Shown: positions 52,690-64,000 of the stretch, piece after piece
Layout of the letters: every line of letters begins with the position of its first letter
Position numbering within the stretch: the first letter of the stretch is position 1
Source of the DNA: Raillietiella orientalis
Lineage: Eukaryota
NCBI GenBank assembly: GCA_036172245.1
Contig: JAYWIR010000004.1
Location: 1,612,001 to 1,676,000, forward strand
DNA: 64,000 bases
Direction: 5' to 3'
Notes under the pieces: generated by a model
What the model saw: only the letters and a program-made list of their open reading frames with translations
Databases searched by the model: none
What the model was told of the DNA's origin: nothing
Position numbers and translations under genes: made by a program

Positions 52690-53480
52690 TCGCCATCTTG
52701 TGGGTGCACAAGAGAAATTGGTCGGGCGAAAAATTGCCACAAGTCCCAAAACCAAGAGTTTCGTCAGAATCTATTCGATTCAACCGTGGCTCGTGCACGT
52801 TGAGGATGTCTTTGGAGACTATTTGTGGAAGTTCCCGAATGCACGGTACCACGGTTTGCTCAGTTCATCTTCACGCTTCCGAGAACTCCAACTGAAAAGA
52901 AAATTTTGGCCAAAGAGCAAGCATAATTACCATTGAGGTGATGGCCCCCCACTTTCGATCCCATTTCCATTTCCGAAAGTGTTGCTCCGCCAACACATGA
53001 TCGATCAATGATTTTCTTCACGCTAAAAGACATGAAAATACCGCCCAAGAAAAGCTGAGCAAATTCGTGCCGCCCCGTCCTGATGAAGAATAAACATCGA
53101 AATGCTGACTTGCCTCAGGGAATCCGCCTTTTGATAGTAACTATCAAGAAATAGTTCTTTGCCCACGCTCGCGTTGAGTGATCATCGCATCAGCACAAAA
53201 GGCAAAGGAAACGACTCAGAGCGCCGGAAGCTTGAAACTGTTCTCTGAGCGCATAAATTTAAACGAAGACTTATCAAGTATCCTGGCGACCTTTTCCCTG
53301 CTTGTAGGTAATCTGAGAATTTTCGATAGGTTCCTCGGAGAACCGTCGAAAAGTTTCCTCTTCGGATGTAGGCTCTTCGAAAGCTCAAATGGAAACTACC
53401 TATGGGTTCCCTGGCGGCCAAGGATTTTCAGCCCAAGCATAGAGATCCCTGTTATTTCTATTCCCAGAGGCGATCGTCAT
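52690..53480 (+). mobile_element. PIF/Harbinger transposase remnant
   Basis: WVHKRN, LRMSLET, KH..P, NY/KK*FF, LLVGN and RL/SKA..ETTYGF/LAAK appear in Harbinger motif order. Confidence 0.65.
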
Positions 53481-54649
53481 CTCCATTCATTCGATCGAAA
53501 ACGAGTAGCTGCAAGTGGTTCCCATTCAGCAGTCAAAGTGGTATAATTGGATTGGATTTAATCAGATGTGCAAACTGAAATCAGTTAATAATAATTATTT
53601 GCTCTTTGATACCATGTGGAGGAAATATGACTTTAAGGGTTGACTATTTAATGCTTACCTATGCGTATCACCGAGCAATTCGAAGAAGGTGCCATTTTAA
53701 AGATCTGAGAAACGAACGAGCCCTTCTAATGGCTGATTAAAAATTCATTCCGGGGAACTGTAATGTATGATGAATGAATCTAATGAAAAAAGGTTGGGCC
53801 GAAGTCTTCAAAATAGTACTGAGCACTGCTTATTAGGCAGCTAATCTATGGTCAGCCGTGTTCTGATCTGCTCAATTTAATCAGCCCACAAAGTTTATTT
53901 AATAAGAGTGTGCTGGTCCATTGGCGTTCAGCGCCACGTTAACTTCAACCCATTCAACGATGGGCTCATCGTGCGAAGGACATTTTACGTATACGTCTCT
54001 GGAACTATAAAAGCTTCGCATGCGCACCAAAATTTGGTACTGAGGTATTTTTTTCAAACAATCGACGGCACTTTGCTAACAGCCGATAAAACCAAGACAC
54101 GAATTGCAGATAAAATAAAAATCACGCCATGATCTAAACATACCAATGAGCTCCCTAAGTACGAGGAAAACTGTTTTCAGTTGATGTAGCCACCGTGTAT
54201 GGTCATCCCCGTCCACTTTAGACCATTCTCGTTCTATTTTAGTAGAGGAGGTCATGGCTCTGTGAAACAATCTCGACATGGATGCAAAGGGAACTCTTGA
54301 AGTTTTACGTGTACATCAAGATAAAGTACACCGTGACACCGAGCCGACTTGACAGTGTCTGCGCACTTTTACCGATGACGTGTTTCCTCTTTTCATTCCT
54401 ACACTTCCAAATACCAAACAGCATTATACTATACACTCGAAAAGCCATTGCACAGACTGCTTAATTTCTGGTTCTTTTCTTTTACCTCGAGTTTGGTACT
54501 GATGCAGGAGCACTCATGAAGCGCGGCTCTTTCCTGCAGGGAAGACCGCTGTATCTCTGACCCGATCACTGACAACTTTCAGGACTCTCCCCTAAACACG
54601 GGAGGGGGGTGATTTGCATGGTGCCGCTTGGACTGCAGTGGATGACTGA

Positions 54650-56103
54650 ATTTTTCAAGATGGTGGATGGATGTTTTCACCCGCCTCACATTTTATATAG
54701 GGAAGGAGAAGGAGGAGGGGAATAAAATGCTTGAAACAATCTAAGAGAGGAGCTCTGCTTTTCGATTTCAATGGCACGCCGCCGGAGGACGTCGCCCACG
54801 TGGTTGCATCCCCCGTCCCGGTTTGCACTTGGAGATGCAATTTTTTTCTAATCCTCCTCAACTTTTCGAGTTATCGTTTCGATTCTCGTGTCACTTGCCC
54901 ACGAAAGAAATAGCCGAGGAAGAAACAGGGATGATCGATGAGGATCATTTCCTAGCATCACAGAAGATGACTGATAATAACCCAAAAACATGTGAAACTG
55001 CCCACTAGCGCCTCCGACGAAAGAATGAGTACGTCCTTTAGAAGACAGGTGTGTATTACACATGGAGCAGTCCTGAAGAGGAACTGCACGGGCGTAGGTG
55101 TTGATAAAGGAGTTGTGAGCCGCATACGGGTGCAACCCAGCGAGTTCCAAGGGAAGACAAAAGTCCGCTTCACAATCTTTATTCAGAGAGAGCACTGGTA
55201 AAAAGAGAGAGTGGACAACGATGAGATCAGGATGAAAGGTGATGGCCCAGGGTATGAGTCTTACCCGGACGATGAGAGACGGGAACGATCCGCACGCGGC
55301 ATCCTTACGGAAAATTCGTTCGGACCAGAGGACTCCAAGATCGGTGAGCTGGGACGAGCAGCCGGCAGTGTTCCGGAAACACCGCAGCTCTTCTGATGCC
55401 TCCCTCTCCTAGGGGAGAGGAAAGCAGCATCCTCTCCTTGTTCCCGCTTCGATGGAAACAGGATGTTCTGCTATTCCTGCACTGGGGCTTCCAGTGCATC
55501 AGCGCAGACACCTGGTTTCCGGGGGAGTTGCCTCCTCAAACTGTCTCAGTTGCGGGACGATGGAATCGCTTCCCCACCTACTTCTGGACTGCAGTGTTTT
55601 GCGGGAGTTATGGCGAAGAGTTGCTTCGGCACTCCGTCGTCCCCAGGACACTGCCATCAGCCTGCTGCTCCTTCAGCGAAGGCGGACTGAAGAAGGGCGC
55701 TGTGATGGCAACACCATCCGCGCCATCGCGACGGCCCGCCGTAAGCTCGAAGGGAGTTCGCAGCGAAAGGACGCCACCAGGATAGCCGCCAACCTTATGG
55801 AGGCAGCTGCAAGGTGGCCTCATCTTCCCAGAAAAGTCGCCAGGGAAGTCGCCATCGTCAAGCGCCGCTTCTAGAAAAAGAGGAACATACGATACCAAAG
55901 ATCCCTGTCCCCACCCTCTCCTGTTTTTTTTGTTTATTTTGTGTCCCCTCCCTCCGTTCCCTTCTTTTTTGAAGCTTGCCTGCGTGCCGGTGGTTTTCCG
56001 GGTTGAACTTTTTGTATGGGAGTTTCTTGTGTCTTGGGGGGGATACATATCCCTTCAAGTTTGTGGTTTGCTCTCTGAATAAACGTCCCGGCGTGATCGG
56101 GTT
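54650..56103 (+). mobile_element. Internally deleted Tx1/L1-like LINE with CCHC finger and 3' end
   Basis: DFN and WRCN APE traces; FPLRWKQDV..CLSCGTMESLPHLLLDC..KRRF*; ends aataaacgtcccggcgtgatcgggt. Confidence 0.78.
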
Positions 56104-58617
56104 CAAACCTCTCCTTGGGGAAAATTCGCAGTTCTCCAACAGATCTTGCTAGTGTTCCGACATTCAGAGGGAATGGTGGAAGGGAATCCTATCCGAGTTT
56201 CGCGAGAGCGCGAAACACCGTTCGGAGCTGCCCGGGAAGCAGCTGTCACGACCAAGGTTTTCAGGACTCTTTCACTCGGAAGAAAAGAGCCGTTCTAACC
56301 AAACCATCACCAGATGGTACAGAAATGTGATCTTTACGATATGGGCAGAGTCGATCAGATTTTCGAGTTGTCATCATCCCAGTATCGCAGCAGTCGCTAA
56401 TTCAGCCTTTTTTAAATTAATATCATTGTTCCAGCTACCCTGGGATTTCTCTTAATCACGAATCAGAATGAAAAAAACTGTGATGAGGAGCGACGGACCC
56501 ACCAATGGAGCGTCAAAAATGGAAATTTTCTCCAAGCATTTCCTATTATTTTTCAGGAGCATTCTCCCATCAAGAACACGCACACCAATAATCTAAGTTG
56601 AGGTTTCTCTCTGCTGTTGGGAATGCTTTCCATGGGTCCAGTGCCAGCTGTGCAGTTGTTCAGTCTTTGGAGTGCTCTCTCTCTCATTGCTGATTGGAAG
56701 AACTCATTTGATATGGCTCAGAACCTCAAATGAAAATTTTATTTATTGGATTGGAATGGAGGATAGAAAGAACTTTCTCTAGTCAAAAAAAAAAAAACAT
56801 GGCTCCCCGAAAGAAATGAACGTTTCAAGTAGCTTGAGTCAGCTTCCGTTGTCAGTATGAAAGCATCCTGAAACGTATCTAATAGCAAAGCACTGGGAAA
56901 CGCAGTTGTTAATTTATGATGCATTTGTATTCTAATAATGCATCCTCGTGTGTGGGTCAATACTTGAATCATGAAAATTACTAGACGGTTAACATGATTC
57001 GCATTCTTTTCTTTCCCACGCATGAACAAGGGAAAATTGATGTAAATCATTTTTCAACATTTTGTCCTTCAATCATACAGTTTCACGACGTTCCGCTAGA
57101 TGTCACGAATCCATTCAGTGTTTAAAATGGAGTTTGACATGGCGGCAGGTCACAGCGAACGGCCATCGAGTTGCTAACGGTTGAAGAGGACGCTGTGCGA
57201 AATATCCATAAACTCCTAAAATACCAAGGGAAATTCAAGCCAAAGATCGATCGCATCACCCGACTTTGACAAACAAGAAGTTCATGACGAATCCTTCAGC
57301 ATAGGAAGCGTCAGCTACTGCCTTGTCATACTTCTCCATCCTGCCAGAATCCATCCAGAGGCACATAAAGCAGTTTTGATCCAGGAGGAAAATCCATGCC
57401 TTTCTCATACATAGCAATGCTAGATCGCACCAGTTTGCTCACAACAGAAGCACCACAAAGCAATACCAAGCCAAAATGTCATCACCGCTCTGGGCTGTAT
57501 TCCTACATCCACTATAAGCTCTGGCTTTTCTCTGTTCGATCCGATAGAGAATGCTATTATTGGAATAAAGTCCAGGTTAGATGAAGAGGTGAAGAGTGAC
57601 CTCAACAAATAAGAGGAAGACAAGAATGGCATTGCTGACTAGCGACAAGCTTTTTGTTGCTTACGTGTGAATTTACACAACTGGTTTCAGGGGGGCTCTG
57701 GACATTTCTCTGCTTACTTGGAGCGCTCCTCGCCTCTCTTCATGGTGCTTCCTCCAATTCCTGGCTTTCCTATAGTGAGAGAAGATTGCATGGATTCTCC
57801 AGCTGGCTTTCCTTGCAACGTGGGCCGCATATATGTCACTTGAGCACAGGATACACGCAGCCACCTTCCGGTGCCTCAGCTGCATCAGCTTCTTCCTTGG
57901 TATTCCTTGATTTTGTAATACTTCTTCGTTACTAGGATCCCATGCTCCCAGAAGGTCAACGATGAACGCGTGTGCGTTGCTTTACTTTCCACCTTTTCTC
58001 AGAAGTAGTGCTACGTCCTTGTGTTCTCCTTCCTCGTTCTTCCTGGCTGTGTTGACGTCCTCTTCTCCATTTTCTTATGGGCAGCAGACGTGTAGCACAC
58101 ACGTCCGGTTTCCTTTTTGCGTGACCAGATCAGGTTTTAGGATGGAAGCTGTTCCTGGAACTCTCCGGTTCCTTGATACAAGACTCCACTTTGCTTCATC
58201 CACTGAAGCCTTTCTGATTTCCTGAATCGGGTCGTGGCATGCCATGGAGAGAGGAACGTGTTTCTTGCATCCATTTAGTATGTGGAGCAGCGTCCTCTGT
58301 CCTTTTCGGACTACCGACAAGGATACCCCTATTCTAGACGTGAACAACGTGCAAAAAAACAAATATGATGACTAGGTAGAAAAATATCTGACAAACTGAC
58401 TCACAGAAGCTCGCCATACAGAGACTGTGGCTGCTGGAGCTGTTGCTATAAATAGCAACAGTTCCGGCAGCAAATTCTTTTCTGTTGAGATTTCTAATCA
58501 AGTCATTAGTTTTCGCGTCTATAGAAAACTTGAAGTGTGACAAATAACAGTTAACGAATCATCAATGACTGTCGATAGCAATAGTTCGTGATCAACAAAT
58601 ACATCATGACATATGGG

Positions 58618-59254
58618 ATGGCTTCCAGCCTTGAGAAAGTCAGCAGCATTGCTGGTACGATGCCCAAACGCTCGATCCACGGGTAAACCACGACATCTTT
58701 ATGATCAGGGAGAAACAGAGGTGTGTTCAAGGATGCTGCAAGAGCCTCATAAAGACGCGATTCCTTTCCGAACCCCATGATCGCCGGGAATGAATGAGAT
58801 CTGTGTTTCCCCTTCAAAGAGAAAAACGCACAAAGGACTGCAGCATGTTGCACTGCCGCATCCATCCAGTTATCAGTTCGTGAAGGAGCGGACTTGCACC
58901 AGGAAGGGCGTGGCGAAGATGCTGGTTACCCGGGACCTTGAGACGAGCCTCCGCTTTTCTGCTGTTTCCCGTTCTGGTTCCACCTCAAAAGACTCCCTGA
59001 TGCAACTGGGCTGGACTTTAGGCAAGAGGACACTTTCGGCACAGGAGGCAGCAGCAGCGAAGAGCGGAAAGAAAAGCTCCCGCTCCACTTGGGGCGGGGC
59101 ACCTTCCGTTTCTGTTCGTGGGATCGGATGATCTGTTATGGTGTGTGCTGCACGCGACGCGGAGTGGGTCCTCAGAGCATCATCACCTCTTCCTCGAATC
59201 GCCTCCATGGAATCTGTCCCAAGGAAAGAAAGATGGAGCCTCAGAGATGCTACA
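58618..59254. repeat. Direct near-identical duplicate of 46201-46820
   Basis: Same sequence plus 17 extra bp (atctgttatggtgtgtg). Confidence 0.93.
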
Positions 59255-59501
59255 GCAAGAAGTTTCCGAGAAACTAAGCGATACAGAACAGGGATGCTGT
59301 TCCCAAACTTCCAAGATCCTGAAAAATACACTGAAGGAAGAAAAAGAATGAAAGGGATCTTGTGGTTTAAGACAAACGAATTCTTCCTTTCTCTGGACTC
59401 AAGAAGGTTTCGGAGGAGTTCCTCTTGTCGCATGTCTTCTCTTGCCTCTTGTTGGTTTTAGCAGGGCAGGGTGGGCGTGGGCGACAGCAATTGCACGGTG
59501 C

Positions 59502-59876
59502 TCATTTTGGACTCGTGCACATGGTCACCGCTTTCGTGCCTTCCGAAACGGCGTGCTTGGGCAGTTCCCCAGGCAACAGCAGGTGGACTGCCGTCTGCAC
59601 CTCCCGGCTGGTGATGGTCGTGAGCTTGTTTTAGTGAGACAGCCGGAACGCTCCTGCAGCGATGCGCTCGAAGATGTTGTTCACGAAGCTGATCAGGATC
59701 GACATGGCCTTGCTCGAGATGCCCGTGTCCACGTGCACCTGCTTCAACATTTTGTAGATGTAGATCACGTAACTTTCCTTCCTCTTCCGCTTTTTCTTTT
59801 TATCTCCCTTTTTGATGTTTTTCTGAGCTTTAACAGCCTTTTTCACCGCCTTCCCACTTCCGGACTTGGGAGCCAT
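59502..59876 (-). pseudogene. H2B: Histone H2B pseudogene, full length with one premature stop
   Basis: [102 protein letters not shown] replaces the Tyr of HYNK, and many conserved sites are substituted. Confidence 0.97.
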
Positions 59877-59954
59877 CTTACTCTTCTGAACTTCTGCTAC
59901 GCACTTTCCACGAGGAGAGAAAGACGCAGTTCACACCACGCTCAGCAACTATCA

Positions 59955-60690
59955 GCGCCCTGGTTGTCTCCAAAGGGAACCATCTCTTCTTCGTTCTCTC
60001 CGGAGAGATTCACTGGATACTCTTCACTTCTTTTCCCAAGGGAATCCGGAAAGGATCCGTTCCAGAATTTTCTTCTCCTGAGGGAAACCCCGAAAGCAGC
60101 CGGCTCCTCGATTCCAAAAAGGATCCCAGAGGGCGAGATCCGATGTGGATATCCGCAGATGTGTGACTTGTAGATGAGACCAGATCCCTGCCAGTCAACG
60201 TGGCATCCGGTTTCCAACAGTGCCACTTTTTGAAGCTCCTCTTCCTGCACGACGCCCTCATGCCAGCCGCATCCCTAGCAGCACTGTGCTGCCCCCTCGG
60301 AGGGACCGCAGCTGCATGGAGCAGCGCCAGGACGAAAAGGACGCCATTTATTTTGCTGTCTTCTTCATGAGGACAGTGTCAAGATGGCCCCATCCAGGAA
60401 CCCTGAAACAGGAACTTGCCGGCATCCTTACAAGGATGCAGAGGATGCCTCCAGCATGCAATGATCTCTTCCCGAACCCCCCCCCCTCCATTTTTTGACT
60501 GGATGTTTTTGTTTTATTTTTTTCTTTTTGTTTGTATCCCCTTTCCCTATGCTGCCGAGGCGAACCCTGCTGGTCTGCGTGCCAGTTCCCGGCAGGTTCC
60601 TTCTCGTATCCGTGAGTAACGTGGCAGGATCAAACGTCCTGCTACAGACGTGTATGTTTATTTTGTAAGTAAACGTCCCGGAGTGACCTG
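59955..60690 (+). mobile_element. Tx1/L1-like 3' portion (thumb, C-terminal region, 3' UTR)
   Basis: cctggttgtctcc.aaggga block shared with ~49877; LHDAL motif; 3' UTR shared with 36680-36870; ends gtaaacgtcccggagtgacctgtg. Confidence 0.65.
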
Positions 60691-60863
60691 TGTCAACCAG
60701 TGCTGCATCCGAAGCCCACAAGTCAGACAGCGCCATCCTGCTGGGAGAACCCGAAACCCCACGACGCACCCTCCATTTCTCGGTGTCGATTTTTCTTCCA
60801 GGTGGGATTCGAACCTGCATTGCTCGGTGTCACGCGAGGAGCCACACGGCCGCCAACACGGGC
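60690..60863 (-). mobile_element. tRNA-derived SINE-like head, copy 2
   Basis: B-box ggttcgaatcc at 60805-60815 (minus strand); homologous to 13930-14092. Confidence 0.7.
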
Positions 60864-60869
60864 GAAATC

Positions 60870-61400
60870 GAAAAGCGAACGTCGCTGTCTGCAGGCGTTT
60901 CCCTTGCCCACGCTGCTGCTGCGTGGGCGTGTGCGAAAGATGCACCAGCCAAAGAAGCAGGCCGTTCCTGTGGTGCAGATTTCAATACATCAGCTGGGAG
61001 GAGCGAAATCGAAGTTCAGCTCCCCCCAAAAGGGGGGGACCGCGAGGGAAACGTGAAGGAGCTCCCGTGATCTTTCCAGACGAATCCTGGCGACCACAAA
61101 TCCTCGTACCGTTTGTTGGTCTTATTGGCAATCCAAGTGGACGTGGTTTCACTGATTCGGGAGACTTTTTTAACGATCCGATCTTCGTGACCGTGCACCT
61201 CGAATCAAGAAGCCGCGCCAACCGCTACTCTGACTTTGCGCTGAAGGGAAGTTCCTTCCCAATCAGCTCCATTAAATCTTCATGCGTGAAGTTTCCGGAA
61301 ATTTTGTCAGGAATAGACAAATTCCGCGTTTTTTGCACTCATTCGAAACGAATTACGCGAGCCTCTGGGTTTCCGAGAACACCCGGAATTTCGAAATCGA
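60870..61400 (-). mobile_element. Possible LINE ORF1 remnant
   Basis: IRPTNGTRIC (NGxR motif) followed by weak knuckle-like residues. Confidence 0.3.
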
Positions 61401-64000
61401 CCCATAAAAAGATGCAACTGTAAACCATAATTCTACGCAGCGCGCCGTTATAAGCTTTTAAAGAACGAAAGGCTGTTAGAGTTTCGAAGAAGAATGGGCA
61501 GCTACCATTCCAAAAAAAAAAGAAAGGGGGGAGGGGATTCAGTCATCATTTATCCACTCATTTGAGATCGCGACGAATTCTGAGCTCACGAGCATGTTGA
61601 ACGTTCGGATTCTTATAGAAAACCAAATATATATATATATATAATCTGTAAGAGAGTAAATTGGAAATTCAGTCGGAAGAAACACAGTTCGCGCTCTGCA
61701 AGGAGATGCAAATTCCATGAATCAATCGTCAAAGAGAGATCATTGTAAGTGAAATCATCAAGAACGTGGATGCGCGTTTCGAGAAGGAGGATGAAACAAG
61801 AGAAATCACATTCTGCATACCAAAATAAAATGTCGAAAGAGAGCCAACGATATTCTTAGGTGGTATGTGGCATGCACAATTTTCTCGGTTTGCCATCCAT
61901 TATAGCTGAATACGGAAAAGCAGTAGAGGCCTGCGAAAATTCTGAAGAAGAAGAAGAAGAAGAAGGTTCAAAGCGAAACCTTCTGTTTGCTGGTGAAACG
62001 ACATGACTACTGACTGCACTTTGCGACTTTTGCCATTCCACACTGCCGTGAACTTTCTACTGTATCTACTACACTAAGGAAATGAGAATGTGTACAAACA
62101 TCATCCTTTGAATCGACTTTTTTTTTTCTCTTTGACCTTCTCTGAAAGACGGATTGCCCATCCGAACGCTTTTCAAGATTGAGATGGACAGGAATGTTTA
62201 GGTAGCTGCAAAAACGAAGTTCTGAAGGCTTGAATGAAGATTTTGGTTTTGAAGATTTTTTCGGTGGAGGTTTGCTGGTGTTATCAAACGTTCCCTGTCC
62301 GCTCACATGCGTCACGTTCACCTGTGGATGAGATTGCATAGCTTTCATTCGCGGGCCATCTATGAGCGCATCCCGGAATGACTGTAGCTCATACATTTCC
62401 CGTAGGAGGCGCAGTGCGATCATCAACGGTTCACCAACTTCCGAAACACGTCAAAAAACAGACAAGCGCATCCTTTAAATACTGTCACTTCATTTTAGAA
62501 TTTGAATATGAATTGAAAACCTCAATATTTGGAATCCTATGCATAGTTTTGTTAGCATCACAAAGGAAGAATCTGTCAAATGTTCAGATTCAACCAAGTG
62601 CTTATACCTGCAAGCAATTCAAAGGCATGTGTTTATCAATCAGAAAATCATGAATATTCATGGTATAAAAATGTTGGAAAGTGAGAGTATTCTGCAGAAC
62701 TGATCATCATTTCATCTCAGCTGAAGTCACAGGGTAAAAACGACAGTAAGTGCAAAAGCCTTTTCGAAAGAATGAGTTTTCTTCAAGACCACGACTGCAA
62801 AATGATGGTTTTTCATTCTGTGAAACCCTTTCTTTACTATTTGAGCAGAGCAATTTACTATTTGCTGCTCTTACAGAGAGTGTGGGGGGGGGGGATGGGG
62901 GTGGAGTGTGTGGAGCTACTGTGCTGGAGACCTCGCTTTGAGATAGCAAGAAAAAAGTTGACAGAGTCACGTGAATAGAAAATGCATTTTCACTTCTGAA
63001 GGTCACACTAATGATTTCCAAGAAAGTAATACATTCCGCCCCTTTAACATCATTATCCGAAACATATCACTTTTGCCTATGCTCATCGCTTCCTAGTTGA
63101 TGCTAATATTATCTCCTAGAAATTAAATTTTACGCATTCTCGAGAGCCCAAGATATTTCTCACAAAAGCGAGCGTCTAGCCTTACTGATATTGATCCTTC
63201 TCCCTGTGTCTTCTTAGCAAGCTGATAACCGGGTTTGCACCAGTCCTGATGCATCAAAGGGAATCCCGAAATTCCCTTTTCCTATTTATATTCATTACTG
63301 GCATTTCTCTATTCATTTGGACATTATGAGTCAAGTTTGGGAAGATGCTGGATGTTCTCTGAGGAATGCGGTATGAGATTCGCTGTTTCCGTCTGCTTCC
63401 TGTGATGCTTTCAGGAGAGGAGGCGCACGAAAGATTTTTGTTGCCAACGAATTGGCTGATCCCAATGGTATGACATTAAGAGTCTTCTTTTTTCTCTACA
63501 AAGCCCCTATTTAGCAAGGCAACACCCTCTACTTGCAATTCGTTTCCTTGTTCTTATCCTTGGGTGTCAGATTACTTGTCACCACCTTGAAAGAAGAAGA
63601 AACTCTTGTCCCTTGTTTCTTGGACAACTTTTTCCTCCATCACCGCTATCTGAATATGATTCCGGATTTTCTTTGAATTTTCGTTTCCGCCTTCCCCACA
63701 TCCAAGTGGGAATACCACTAACCTTGCCGTGGGGCGTTCTTGGATTGCCCCGAAACAACGAGAACGCACACTGGCTTGCCTTTTTCTCGAACTGAATGGG
63801 AACCATTTTGAACAATTCCACTGGTTTTTCTCTCGGGCCACGAAGTTAGACAAACGAATCGCCTTCTTCCATCGATCCAGAATATTCCATCCATCTTAAT
63901 AATTTGGTTCCGCATTGCGTCATCACGGGCATGACGAACTACACGAATCTTCAATTCTTGGATGCAGCCTCAGTTATACGATACTGCTAGCTGCGCAGCC

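Noticed and set aside
59442..60173. 243-aa plus-strand ORF
   Set aside because: It is the antisense shadow of the H2B pseudogene running into LINE sequence.
60790..60863. Functional tRNA gene
   Set aside because: A T-arm and B-box are present, but there is no acceptor stem or anticodon arm; treated as SINE-like.

Overview
Eukaryotic (arthropod-like) genomic DNA dominated by decayed transposable elements. I can support no intact protein-coding gene, and most ORFs in the track are chance or antisense frames. Recognisable content: many frameshifted L1/Tx1-type LINE remnants (APE endonuclease, RT, thumb, C-terminal CCHC finger, shared 3' UTR), pogo/Tigger, hAT and PIF/Harbinger transposase remnants, tRNA-derived SINE-like heads, three host-gene pseudogene pieces (GMC oxidoreductase exon, beta-tubulin fragment, full-length histone H2B with a premature stop), a rearranged mitochondrial insertion (16S, 12S, tRNA-Val), a 42-bp minisatellite, three near-identical short duplications and several long hairpins. 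Best leads: (1) two loci share the order tRNA-like head > CCCGG hairpin > antisense Tx1 piece > sense housekeeping-gene copy; (2) divergent Tx1 3' UTRs share a covarying CUGCGU stem-loop and end in a CCCGG/CCGGG hairpin instead of poly(A). All calls are by-eye motif matches, TE boundaries are approximate, and no searches were run.
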